A stretch of 64,000 nt of DNA from Octopus bimaculoides. Lineage: Eukaryota. Of this stretch, positions 23,394 through 36,049 are shown piece after piece. Within the stretch, counting starts at the first letter, position 1; each line of letters begins with the position of its first letter. The position numbers and the translations under genes were made by a program. Location: the NCBI RefSeq assembly GCF_001194135.2, contig NC_068984.1:53463306-53527305 (forward strand), given 5' to 3'. The notes under the pieces are model-generated. The model did no database searches and was not told where the DNA came from. It was given only the letters and a program-made list of their open reading frames with translations.

Positions 23394-24120
23394 AACGTTT
23401 TCCGTTTTTGGTACAACACCACTTTTGGGCTGAGCAAGGCGTAACCGTTTGCTTTAGCCACCATACTATATTTCTGGCACTTACTCAATTGACTCCTAAA
23501 AATAAATGGCATCTGTTGGCCTCAGTGAAAATTTTACCCAATGACAGAGAACTGAAACTAAACTGCATGTTACCTAGCTATTTGTGCGACGTGCTGGCCG
23601 AATCGTTAGCGCTCGGAAAAACGATTAGTGATATTTCTTCCAGTTCTTTACGTTCTGAGTTCAAAGTGCGCTGAGTTTGACATTCATCATTCATTATGCA
23701 ATCGATCAAAATAAGTACAGTCGAGCACTGCAGTGGATGTAATCAACTAGCCCCCTTCTTCCAAAATTTCAGGCCTTTTGCATATAACCAAAAGAATTAT
23801 TGCTACTCTACTATGACAGCTCAACCGCTAACCGTCTATCTATTACTTGTTTAAGTCATTGGGCTGCAGCCATGCTGGGGCACCAGCTTGAAGGCTTTAG
23901 ACGAACAAGTCGACCCTACTTCTTATTTTAAAGTTTGATATATGCTGTATCGAATTCATTTGACGAACTGCTAAGTTAAGGTAAAAACCCAATACCAGTT
24001 GTCAAGCAGTGGTGGTGTACAAACACACACACACACACACAAATACATACATGAATGCCTACATACATACATACATACATACATACATACATACATACAT
24101 ACATACATACATACATACAT

Positions 24121-24627
24121 TAATATAAGGAATACTGGTGGAACATTCCCACCAAAACGTCCGTCAAATGTAAACATAAAAGACCGGATATTGTTATTTG
24201 AGACAAACAAGAAAAAATATGTACCATCATAGATGGTACATATTGTCCTGCTGACGTGAATATCTTTTTGAAAATCAAAGAGAAAGAGGATTGCCATGGA
24301 CAACTGCTTCGGAAACTCCAGCTTCTATATCCAGATTACAACTTCACATTCATACTAATAATAATTAGTGCCCATGGCTTTGAGAGTAAATGCCTGTGAC
24401 AATCTGGAGAGACTAGGATTTTCAGAAAAAGAAATCAACCGAATCGCACGTTAAAAATACAACTTATAAGTGGAAAAGTAAAAATATGCAAGACTTTTCT
24501 CAAGGATAAAATGAGTCATCGTTTTTGTTATCAACTTTACAATGATGGAACTTTGTAGCTTAGTTAGAAACTAGCTCCTTCCTCAGGGGAAGGATTTAAA
24601 TAATTCAAAGCAGAAGAGCACATACAT
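24121..24627 (+). mobile_element. R4/Dong-like non-LTR retrotransposon 3' end (restriction-like endonuclease plus 3'UTR)
   Basis: EYWWNIPTKTSVKCKHKRPDIVI*DKQEKICTIIDGTYCPADVNIFLKIKEKE...LLYPDYNFTFI...NLERLGF...KVKICKTFLK; RPD..D..K RLE motif. Preceded by (TACA)n and ends in CATACAT. Confidence 0.8.
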
Positions 24628-24628
24628 A

Positions 24629-24706
<78 letters not shown>

Positions 24707-26221
24707 TGCACGACAGGCTTCCGCACACTTTCTACCAAATTTAGTCACAAAATATTAGTAGATTATAATATAAGACATTTGCCCAAGATGTCGCGCATTG
24801 GGACTGATCTTGAGCCCACTTATTTGCAAAGCTGACTCAAATTTGGTGGCTGGATGAATTATATTTCGATTATATCGATCTTAGTATTTGATGGCTACTT
24901 TATTTTATCTACCCTGGAATGGAGAAAAAAAATCGGTCGTGACGGGATTGGAAGTAATGATCTAAAACAAAAAACAGGGAAAAAATAAAATTATGTGAAT
25001 ATGTATTTTTATTCGATTTCCAGTTCTTTTCTTCCAATCGTCCTCTCTAACGATGGCATTTTTATGATACTCTGATATTTCTGCAAACTCCTGCATCAGC
25101 CATTCCCATAACTCTTTTTAATTTTGGCACAAGGCCAACAATTTAAGGGGATGGGTTTAGTTGATTACATCGACCCCTGTGCTCAATAGGTACTTATTTT
25201 ATCGATCCCTGAAAAGAAGAAAGGTAAAGTCGACTTCGGCGACATTCGAACTCGGAACGTAAAGATATGCTGCTAAGCATTTTGTCCGGTTCTTTACTAT
25301 TCTTCAAACGATTCTGCCAGCACGCTGCGTTGACCATTCTCACTATAATTCCCTTTAATTTTTGGCACAAGGCTAGCGATTGGTGATGGTGTAGTCAATT
25401 ACATCGACCTCAGAAAAAATAACTGACTGGTACTTATTTTATCGACCACGAAAGGATGGAAAGCAAAGTTGACCTCGGAGGTATTTAATTTCAAAACGTA
25501 AAATAAAAAAAAAACAATACTTACAACATAACTGAGAGAAAATACCTCGGGAGTGGATTCTGTAAATACAGTAGAATCTAACATCTTTAATATAATGATT
25601 TAAAAGTCCTTGATTAACTGAGATTTTCCTTGTAATTATGAGTCAAAAGCTTTCTCCAGGGCTGTCTATATTCCACAGGTAAGGGAAGCAATCGAATAAA
25701 ATCAATGAACTGAAATTTTTGAATATACAGTAATAATAGTGTGTGAGTGGATCTAGTCTTTAAACCAACTGTTGACAGCAACGGACATATTTCGGTCACA
25801 TTGACCTCGGCGAAGCATATTCTGTTCAGGTGGCAGTACTAAGAATGATTTACATTCTGTCTATTTCAATACGCATATTGATCATTCTTGTCTTGCTCAG
25901 TAGAAAATGTTTCGCTGATAAACTCTAGTACAGTTATATATTAATATTTAGCTTTCTGAATTCAAATCCCACCAGATCCTAGTCATTCATCATTATGGAG
26001 TTGATACAAATCAAGAAATAAAGGGGTCTTAATTGGTTATACCTTTCCCATAAAATTCGATGCTTTGCACCATTGTTAGAAATCGATATTTAAAATATGA
26101 TTAAATGGAACACGATCAAGAAGTACGTACAGGGAGGAAGGAAGGAAATCTTTATAAAATGTATAATGTAATTAAAGTGAATAATAATTAAGTACGTATG
26201 TACGAAAACATACGCATATAT

Positions 26222-26266
<45 letters not shown>

Positions 26267-26322
26267 TAAAAGTGTTTAAAATGTGAAAATATTAGCTATA
26301 AAAGATACATATGAAGTTAATA

Positions 26323-26367
<45 letters not shown>

Positions 26368-26624
26368 TGTAGAAAATAATTACAAAAGATATATACAAAA
26401 AATGTATAAAATATGAAAATTTTTGCAAGTGTGTTTGTTAATGTCTGAGGGACATTCGCAGACTGGTATTTATCTTTGGTATCATGAAGTTAAGTGGATG
26501 TGAGATAAAACATACCCTGGATATGATGTTAGTCTAGCGAGCAACATTTCTATGATCTGATACCTATTTCTGATTACTAAGTAGAATTAACTGTAGTGGT
26601 AAAAACAAATGTATAAATAGATAT

Positions 26625-26790
26625 GGGCGCAGGTGTGACTGAGTGGTTAGAAACTTGCTACCCAACCACATGACTCCGGGTTCAGTTCTGCTGTGTGCCA
26701 CCTTGGGCAAGTATTTTCCACTATAGTCTCGGGCTGACCAGAGTCTTGTGAGTGGATTTGGTAGGCGGAAACTGAAAGAAGTCCATCGTA
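26625..26790 (+). mobile_element. SINE family C, 5' half
   Basis: GGCGCAGGTGTGACTGAGTGGTTAG...GGGTTCAGTTC...CACCTTGGGCAAGT...GAAACTGAAAGAAG. Confidence 0.85.
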
Positions 26791-26791
26791 T

Positions 26792-26855
<64 letters not shown>

Positions 26856-26858
<3 letters not shown>

Positions 26859-28016
26859 GAAGTTCACAGGCTGACTATGAAGGAGTGACACTACACTTGT
26901 GAAATCCCGCATGCACTAATTTAAACTCTTATTAATAACTGTATTGCTTTATTTCCAGGTAAACTGACATCTGACTGTCCAAAGAAGACATCAGAAGAAA
27001 CTAGTAGTGATTTCTCTTGAAAATCGACAAAATCATGATGCTATCAAGTACCTGCAGAAAACGGGTTTAGCTCCACAAAGACGTTCATGCTGACATGGTT
27101 GCTACATAAAGGAATGACGTTCCAGCTTTTTCACCAGTGCAAAATGAGTCTTGAAGATGACCCAAGGTCAGGACGTCTTGCGACCGTCACCACCAAGGAA
27201 AACATTGATCGTGTTCACTCCTTGGTTATAGATGACAAGCGATTGATTATAAATGAAATAGCCAATGCTATTAACATGTCACGTGAGAGGATTGAGAATA
27301 TTCTGTACTATGAACTTGGCCTGACAAAAGTTTTCTGTTCGGTGGCTGCCACGTCTTCTGACACCTGATCAAAAGCGCATCAGGCTGATCACATTACGGG
27401 AAAACTTGACATTGTTTCAGGCAGATCCAGCTGGTTTCCTTGAACGTTTCTTAACCCAGGATGAATGTTGGGTTGATCACTTTGAGCCAGAGACAAAGAG
27501 ACAATCCAAGCAATGAAAACACCGCTCCTCACTTTCTCAAATAAGGTCATGGTCGTTTCATCTGCAGGGAAAGTTTTTGGCCTCAATTTTTTTTTTGGAT
27601 GCAAAAGGTATTGTGTTTATTGACTACCTTCACAAGGGCCACACCCTCAATGGAGAGTACTATGCCAACTTCCTGAGGCAGTTATGAAAGGCTCTCATGA
27701 TCAAGTGCTCAGGAATACTTACAGAAGGAGTTTTGTTTCATCGGACAATGTTCCAGCACACAACTTCTTCGTTTTAAAGACTGCTGTGCGTGACTGTGGC
27801 TTTGAACTGGTTGATCACCCTTCCTATACTTCTGATTTGGCTCCATCTAACTATCATCTGTCCTCCCAAAATGAAAAAAAAAAAAGACACATGGCTGGTC
27901 ACTGTTGATGACTTTTCTGGTCAACAGGATGAAACTTCTTCACGAATAGGATCCTGGCACTGCAACATCGATGGAAGAAGTGTATGGACCGCAAAGGGGA
28001 CTATGCTGAAAAACAG
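26856..28016 (+). pseudogene. Mariner (DD34D-type) transposase pseudogene, near full length, terminal TIRs not visible
   Basis: EDDPRSGR, RWLPRLLTPDQK (WVPHEL-type motif), FLTQDECW, DYLHKGHTLNGEYYANFLRQL, DNVPAH, HPSYTSDLAPSNYHL (YSPDLAPSD), KGDYAEK; multiple stops and frameshifts. Confidence 0.95.
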
Positions 28017-28044
28017 ACCTTTTGTGTGTGTATGTGTGTGTGCG

Positions 28045-28255
28045 TGCGTGTGTGTGTGTGTGTGTTTGCCCCTTGACAGCTGATGTTGGTGTGTTTAAGT
28101 CCCCGTAACTTAGCGGTTTGGCAAAAGAGAATAATTAAAGTACCAGGCTTAAAAGTAAGTGACGGAGTCGATTCATTCAACTAAAATTTATTCAAGGCGG
28201 TGCTCCAGCATGACCACAGTCTAATGGCTGACACAAGTAAACGCTAAAAGATAAT
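28045..28255 (+). mobile_element. SINE family C, 3' half
   Basis: GTCCCCGTAACTTAGCGGTTTGGCAAAAGAG...GGCGGTGCTCCAGCATGACCACAG...AAAAGATAA. Confidence 0.85.
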
Positions 28256-28480
28256 TACATAGAAAATAAATAAAAATAAAAGAAACAAGAAACACCTGAA
28301 AAAGAACTGGAGTCAAAATCTATTTCTCCTTCTACTTGAAAAGAAAATCTGGCCACTCTTTTGGCGTGAATAATGGCGGACGGATCCATAAATAACGGAA
28401 CGGAAACGTAAATAAATGAAACCAACAAATTAATTTGGTCATCAGAGAGTGAGACTCCTTACCTCTTACTACAAATATTA

Positions 28481-28692
28481 ATTTCAAATTTTGGCGTAAG
28501 GAGCACTTTCGGGGGCGGGGATAAATCGATTACATTGACCCCAGTGTTCAACTGATACTAATTTTATCCATGCCGAAAGGATGAAAGTCAAAGTCGACCC
28601 CGGCGGCATTTGAACTGAGAATGAAAAAAACAAGAAGAAATGCTGCCTAAACATTTTTTTCGGTGCGGTAACGATTCTGCCAGCTCGCCGCC
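28481..28692 (-). mobile_element. SINE family B copy
   Basis: Same consensus as 35226-35437. Further copies at about 1865-2030+, 6905-7130+, 23575-23800+, 25125-25330-, 34340-34480-, 43740-43950-, 49420-49585-, 55920-56210-, 59818-60035+, 61209-61372-, 62370-62660-. Confidence 0.85.
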
Positions 28693-28789
28693 TTCGCAAC
28701 TCCAAATGTTAATTCAACTAAGACCCAGCAAATAAAATTCGAAGAATTCAGTAAAATTGTTCAAATAAGTATTCTCTTTCAGAGAACCC

Positions 28790-28988
28790 CTTTCAATTTG
28801 TAGGAGTTTCCCACGTGGTTACAACCAAATCTCCTTCAAACATGCCCAGTTAACAAAAAGGTAAAAAAGAGAAATTGGATAATGTAGCCCATAGTACGTT
28901 ACAGTCAGAAAACAAAATGTGTGGCATAAACCTTGATCATATGCTTGCTCTATTGGGGCCCACTTGAGGCTAAGCAACAGCAACTACA
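28790..28988 (+). repeat. Unclassified interspersed repeat H (probable retroposon 3' module with (AAC)n tail)
   Basis: Recurrent motifs CAGCCAAATCTCC..CAAA, ATTGGATAATGTAG and TTGATCATA..., tail AACAACAAC. Other copies at about 3115-3350, 5225-5340, 31255-31400, 31545-31760, 32340-32520, 34895-35005, 61540-61720(-). Confidence 0.65.
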
Positions 28989-29621
28989 TAAACACTAATT
29001 TGTTATATGATATTTGATGAATGAAGGCTTTGGAGTAATGCTCAAAATTAAATTCGGTCTGAAATGAAATTGGGCCAAAACTAACTTTGGTATAGGGCCA
29101 CACATTTTTGGTAGAAGGCATGAAATGGATTAAATCGACTTCAGTACTTGACTAGTATCATATCGATTCCAGAATGATTTCTTTTCTGCTTGCTGGGTTT
29201 GTAATCTGTGCAAGCCCTCCAAGACTGAGGAGCTTGATGCCGTTTATGGCCCTTTTAATCAATTGCGGGCGGGAACTCGTAGGAAAGATATGCGCAGGGA
29301 AAGATTCTAAATGACCGTTGATCCAGAGAAGATAGATTCGGCATAGTGATTAGGGCGGGACTAGAGTAGTTAGAACTCACCAAGGTGGAAAGATAAATGG
29401 GTAGTGGTTTCCTGCATGGCGGAGGGGCGAGATCAGCTAGCTCCGAGTAGAGCGACAGAAAAATCAGAGAGAAGGGACAGAATAGATAGAGAAAAGAGAG
29501 AGTACAACTGTATGTGAGAAGCTGGATCGTGTCAATTAGTGATTAAATGCTAATCAGTTGAGTGGCCCTTCGCTAAGCGGTGATCTACCAAGTCAACGGT
29601 TTACCGCTCTCAAAGTAGTTT

Positions 29622-30339
29622 AATATTTGGATCTTTTCTATTTGGCTGCACTTTTTGAAATTTTAAGATTAAGTGAACATTTTCAAATTTGGAGTTTTGA
29701 TGTAATTTTTCACGCTGAATCTCAGGGCCTAATTCACTTGTTCCAGACAAAAAAAAGTTATAGAAGTTAATAGTTTGATAATTTTTCACCCACTCAGAAA
29801 AAAAATTTGGAAGCTGTCATTTTGTGCGTAAGACGACAAACCAGTAATGTCAACATTGCAAAGATAGTACGTACTGTAAGTATTTAATAAGTGAAAAATG
29901 ACCAAAGAACGAATAAACAACACATATTTTGTAGTTTTATCCACTCAATATGCATTTAATGCGAAAACAAGAGCAAAAATACATTTTGTAGCTTTAAGAT
30001 CAGAAAAAGAAAAACAAACTATAAGCAAATGAAATATTTCGTAAACACACGTTTTTCGTTTTTCATAAACGCACGTGGTTTATACAGGAAAGTTCCCGAC
30101 GTTTGGTTTGTTACTATAGAAATAGGCATCTATATGTCTGGTTTTCGATTGGCTAAAATTACCCTAAATTTGCAAACTTTTAAAGCTATTAATTGCTTAA
30201 ATATTGATTTATGGCGAAAATGAATTTGATATCAATAATGAGGATAGAAAATTACATCAATGCACCAAATTTAAAATCAGATGGAACAAAATTGAAGAAA
30301 GTGAAAAGTGGCAGCCAAACAGAAAAAGATCTTAATATT
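29622..30339. mobile_element. Non-autonomous DNA-transposon-like element with about 100-bp imperfect TIRs
   Basis: Left GATCTTTTCTATTTGGCTGCACTTTT...AAATTTGGAGTTTTGATGTAATTTT; the right end reverse-complements to GATCTTTTTCTGTTTGGCTGCCACTTTT...AAATTTGGTGCATTGATGTAATTTT. AATATT on both outer sides. Confidence 0.7.
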
Positions 30340-30969
30340 CTCTTCCAATATTCATATAAACTACGGTGCAATCATTTGGACTCATATTTAACACTGGGGC
30401 ACATTGGATTGAAACTATCCACTTTTTAAGTACTGCTTTCTGCGTGATGGATTATTTTAATCCCATTTTTAAAATTGATATAACTAGAAATCCTTATTTT
30501 GTTAACTACCCAGGTTTAACAAATGAGTTCGAGATGCATAGAGAGATGCTTAATACCCCACCTCGTAATTAAGTATCTAATTAAAATTAATTGCTTTTGG
30601 TAATTTTACATCTCTGCACGTCCTCGATAGTTGAAGGAACCATTTTCAAGTTTAGCTTTTAAGAATAATATTTGTGTGCAACATGGAGCGTCTTTTTATC
30701 CTAAGATCTCGGCTTCAAAGGATTTTAAATTGGAATGGTTGCTTTTCTCTTCAAACTAGACAAATATCTCAATCTAAAACAGAAAAAAAGACTTTACTTC
30801 TAAAGAACATCCTTATCTATCACTGCACTGGACGCAGATATAGGTATAATCTTATAACAGTCAAGTCACTGTTGTGGCTGGGCATTTCGATAAGGATATT
30901 ACAGCCAAGGAATTATAATAAAATGAGATAAATCAATATTTTACACACACACATACACGCACAAAAATA

Positions 30970-31007
<38 letters not shown>

Positions 31008-31405
31008 GAATGGAAAACAAAATGGAGAATTGCAAGGCAATACGAAATCAACTCACACAAAGTGATTAAAGCGGTTAATGTTAAAATCAAACATAAAAAA
31101 ATTTGCAGTTAAATAGTGAAATGAACGGGATAAATCTTGTAATAGGAGTACAAAATTGTTTGATTATGATAGTGTCTTAAAAGTGGATGTGTGCTCCACA
31201 AAAAGTTGCATGTTAAAGAGAAGGTCAGCAAAGTGAAATATCAATGGAGGAAGTGTCTACGTGGTCGCTCGATCTACTTGAAATAACAGCCAAATATCCT
31301 TTATATGTCACCCTTACTGTTATAAAAAATAGATACACAGGATAATGAATTTGGTGTTATGCACGAATTGTCACAACTGAAATACTTTTGATCAAAAGTC
31401 GACTT

Positions 31406-31429
31406 ATCATCATCATCACCACCACCACC

Positions 31430-31461
<32 letters not shown>

Positions 31462-31541
31462 CAGCAGCAGCAGCAGTAGCAGCAGCTGCAGCAGCAGTAG
31501 CAGCAGCTGCAGCAGCAACAACAACAACAGCAACAACAACA
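31406..31541. repeat. Compound (CAT)(CAC)(CAA)(CAG) array at the 3' end of an H copy
   Basis: Directly visible; lies between two tandem H copies. Confidence 0.95.
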
Positions 31542-34494
31542 AAGTGTTAGCTAGATTTGCTAGAAACAGCAGCCACAATTTCCCAATTTTCTTCAAATCG
31601 TACTCTATTATCTTCAAAAAGAGAATGATGCATTGTACGATGTAGGTCTTAAAGCAGTATGTAAAAAAAAAAAGAAAAAGACGGAGTGGGCACGACTGGG
31701 TTGCTTATGGCCAGAGTTCTGTTCGATCTGGGCTCATCTGAGATTAAACAACAACAATAACCAAATAATGGTTTCAGATTAAGGCACAAGGCCAACGCTT
31801 TTGAAGTGAAGGGCATTTGTCAATTACGCCGACCTCAGAACGTAAGTAATGTTTTATTTTATTGATCTTGAAGGAACGAAAATGAAAGTTGACTTTGGCG
31901 GGACTTGAATCCAGAATGTAAAGAGCTAGAAGAAATACTTACAAGGGTAAAAAAAAAAAAATAGAGAAATAGAGACAAATAACAAAAAGAGCGCAATAAG
32001 CGGTTAAAATAGATAAAAAATAGTTTAAGGAAAACTAAAAATTTTGAGGATATACAGTTTTAGAAAATGGAGGTTATATAGTAGAAAATGAAGGACATCT
32101 TGAAAAAAGTTACTGACTTGGAGTGAAAAATGCATAGGTCGCGCAGAGTTATAGTTCTTGGCTGAAAAGTTATTTTTTTATTTTATCTCTTTTCATGGCA
32201 TGCATACAGAAATTTAGGTTTTGGTAAAGAAATGTCAGTTACTTTCCCTTCCCACCACTATACATAGAAACATCAACGTTTAAAAATTACATGTTTACTA
32301 CGTGTATGGTAGCTATTATAAAATTCAATTCGTCCCGACGAAGAGGCTTCTTACGTAGTCGATTGACTAGAGAAAAATAGCAACCAAGTTCTCCTCAAAA
32401 CCGTATTTTAGCATTCTGGATATACTGTTTGAAATTAAGACGAGTTGGTCATACTAGAACGCTTTGGTTACAGGCCTGCTTGAGTGAAGCTGAATTTTGA
32501 TCAGAGTTAAAGAAGAATAAAATGGTAATGAAGAAAACGAAAAGAAAAAGAAGACGATGACAAGGAAGAAGAATAAGAACAACAACAACAACGACGATGA
32601 TCATAACTGCACGACATCCAGAGGAATTGTATCGAAGTTTAGAATGCTAGTAGTTGAACAAATAGCGTGTCGAAAAATATTCTTGTCTAGTTTCCATTGC
32701 TGAAATACTATCAATAGGAGTGATATGGGAAAAAGAATTATGGTAACGGTATAACCACCTTATAAAACAGCATAGCCTTCCATAAGATTTCACATTTATA
32801 GATTATAGAATACCGAAACATCTTCAAGAAAAAACAAAATGATGCAGAATGTAACATTTTAGCGAAGACTATAAAACGTTAATATATTCGATAAAAAAAA
32901 AACCCCATAGTATATTGATCCCTGAACTAATACCTCGAGAAGGTCAGAAGCAGGTCAAAACTAGTAACCTGAAAAGGTCAAAATCAATAATCCTCTATGG
33001 GAAAATAACAATTTTTATATGAAGATTGAAAACGGCTGTAGACTCAAAAAGGAGGTTGCAGACTTAAAAGAAGCTTGCAGACATTTTTGTTCAAACGTCT
33101 AGAAATACTAGTACATAAAGATGTACATAATTTTGAGAAAATAATGCATATATGATTCTAAATATAAAAGACAAAAAGAAAAAAACTTGCTAAATTGAAA
33201 TCTAAGCGAGCAAGGAATTAAGCGATTAACCGAAGTCTGAATTAGACATCAAGATATTACGGAAAAGATAAATATAAAGTTTGGAAGATTGGGTGACAAA
33301 GACATGACGATTAATATTTCGAGTTTCATTTGTAAGAAATTAAAGGAATTGTTCGTTGAGATAACAACGATAATGGATTATATATAAGTTTTTCTTTTTG
33401 AAATACCAGCATAAAATAGATCGCACTCAGTTTTGATGGCAAAATAATACAATAGTAATAATGCAGAACAGGATTTGGGAATACAAGTTTGAAATAGAGC
33501 AGAATTCACATAAGAATATGGCAGCTCTTAATTTACAACATCCATCAAAGCAAAGCATAGATAAAAGTTTTTGTAATAATCTACACACAAAAGTTGATTA
33601 GAAATTTGTGTTATACTAAAAAGTTTTTGTAAAAATCTGCTCACACAAGTTAATTTGATAATTTGTGTCGTAGAAAAAAGTGGCATGGAAAATGTGCGTA
33701 ATTTCTTCAGTGTTTTATAAAGTCAGTTGGATAATGTGTGTTAAAAAATGTTCAGACATTTTTCTGCATGTAAAATTAAAAAGTTTACGAGCACAGCATA
33801 AATACTTGTAAACATAAACTTGAATAATATTCGCGTTTTTAAACTGATAGTAGTTATTCTATCGAGGCAATATCAAGGTAGAAGATCACTGCTAATAAAG
33901 AGAAAGGAAACAGCCAGGAGAGACTAAATATGGAAAATAGCCCCAATCCACAAAAGACTCACAATTTGCCAGTCTCTGATTGGCTACAATTTCTGATTAT
34001 CGCAAATAACACACGTGACAACAGTGAAACGTCATAAGCATAAGGTCTCAATACGTCTTCTGTATTTTTAAAATGTATCTATACAATGCACCAGACACGA
34101 GCCAATGAAGAAGCCTGTAGTTGATTAATCAATCTGCAAGAAATACTAGCTAAATTCCCCTCAAACCAAATATGCTATCTTAAACAAAGGCGATTAACTG
34201 AATTCCTACGCGTGAAATTAAGATTTCAGTGGATGAATATTTCATCGTTAAGCATTTTTTAAAGAAATTCTCAAACCGAATATCAGTTGGACACACTAGA
34301 GAGAAAGAGAGACGGAGATAGATAGGTAGATAGTGTGTTTGACTTTTAGTACTGACCTCAAGCCTTTAAAAAGTGAGAGGCAAATTGACCCCGGCAGGAT
34401 TTGAACCCAGGACACAGAGAAGCGGAACGAATACCACAAAGCACGCTGATGGTCTGACGATTTTGCCATTTCACCGCCTTCTTAAGCGAGGAAT

Positions 34495-34883
34495 TTTTGT
34501 TGTTGGCACTCAGTCGCTTACGACATCGAGGGTTCCAGTTGATCCGATCAACGGAACAGCCTGCTCGTGAAATTAACGTGCAAGTGGCTGAGCACTCCAC
34601 AGACACGTGTACCCTTAACGTAGTTCTCGGGGATATTCAGTGTGACACAGTGTGACAAGGCTGACCCTTTGAATTACAGGTACAACAGAAACAGGAAGTA
34701 AGAGTGAGAGAAAGTTGTGGTGGAAGAATACAACAGGGTTCGCCACCATCCCCTGCCGGGGGCTCGTGGAGCTTTTAGGTGTTTTCGCTCAATAAACACT
34801 CACAACGCCCAGTCTGGGAATCTAAACCGCGATCTTATGACTGCGAGTCCGCCGCCCTAACCACTGGGCCATTGCGCCTCCAC
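34495..34883 (-). mobile_element. SINE family A, full length (copy 3)
   Basis: Reverse complement of copies 1 and 2; 12-bp TSD TAAGCGAGGAAT (34483-34494, 34884-34895). Confidence 0.93.
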
Positions 34884-35225
34884 TAAGCGAGGAATAACAC
34901 ATTGGATAATATAGTCCTAGATAACTCTAAAAGTCGAATTGTTTATGGTTAGAATGTCATCGATCATAGGCATTTCATAATAGAGTTAAATAACAGCAAC
35001 AACACATCAGAAAATATGTACTTACAGCAACATAGCTTACCAACATTATATTTATATATATTAGTGTTTTTGAACATTTGATGGGTTTTTGGGTAGAGCA
35101 TGCGCTACTCTGATAATGATGCTATATAAAGCAGACTATTTCCTCTGCATTCAGAATCTATAGGCAGAGACGACAAGAACACTCTCTAAAAAGGAACCAT
35201 GCCAATATGTTTCAATCTCGTTTAA

Positions 35226-35437
35226 GGCGGCGAGCTGGCAGAAACGTTAGCACGCCGGGCGAAATGCTTAGCGGTATTTCGTCTGTCTTTACGTTTTGAG
35301 TTCAAATTCCGCCGAGGTCGACTTTACTTTATATCCTTTGGGAATCGATAAATTAAGCACCAGTTGCAGACTGGGGTTGATCTAATCGACTGGGCCCCTC
35401 CTCCAAAATTTCGGGCCTTGTGCCCAGAGTAGAAAAG
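35226..35437 (+). mobile_element. SINE family B, well-preserved full-length copy
   Basis: GGCGGCGAGCTGGCAGAAACGTTAG (A-box-like) ... GAGTTCAAATTCC (B box) ... GGGCCTTGTGCCCAGAGTAGAAAAG. Confidence 0.88.
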
Positions 35438-35732
35438 GAATCTCTTTCAAAGTTACAAAGACAATTACTACATATAACAAAAATCAATACCGCAGTTCCA
35501 CCTACTAAATATGATTAACACGCATCTAAAATCCTCAGATTCACCACAAATGTTTCGCTTATACATTACCGAGGATATCGCCTGGTATACGTGCATACTC
35601 ATCATACTTCACTTTAAAGACTGCCCTTCTTCTTCATGATCAGAAAGTACTTCATCAAATCCCCAAACTATTCACTCAATAAATTTCGTGTGAGACCGCT
35701 ATAGAGAATCGATCCAACATCTGGGATAGTAC

Positions 35733-36049
35733 TGTTGCTACACACATAGATATTATATATTCCAAAAGAGGCTACTTCACTGATTCGCGTGAAGTCGGTC
35801 GCCAGCACACTCCAACCTTTGATCCACAGAAATGCTGTTTACACTCGCTGCATTCTCTACTGCTACCGCTGTGACTCCTGCTCCCTGGAATTCGCTGGTC
35901 TTGTACCACCTTCACACAGGTGATCCTGACTCGTGCTCTCCTTATTTATATTCTCCCCACCTCATTCCAGGCCTTACACTAGGCAATCCCCGGCCGTATT
36001 TTTCTTGTAGCTATCGATTTGCAAATGTCTTAGACGAATATGAAATACA
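35733..36049 (-). mobile_element. Possible solo LTR
   Basis: Minus strand starts TGTA, ends GCAACA, internal GGGGAGAATATAAATAAGG TATA-like motif. No TSD found. Confidence 0.3.

Noticed and set aside
25651-25685. 19-nt microexon or AG|GTAAGG ratchet site (plus strand)
   Set aside because: Frame-shifting length and no supporting context.
29220-29290. Hammerhead at CTGAGGA
   Set aside because: No GAAA at the right position, only a 2-bp stem II and no stem I.
31388-31645. opa-like poly-T/N/S or poly-L ORFs
   Set aside because: Compound trinucleotide expansion between two H repeat copies, with no splice context.
32880-33540. A-rich stretch suggestive of a decayed LINE
   Set aside because: No recognisable motif in any frame.
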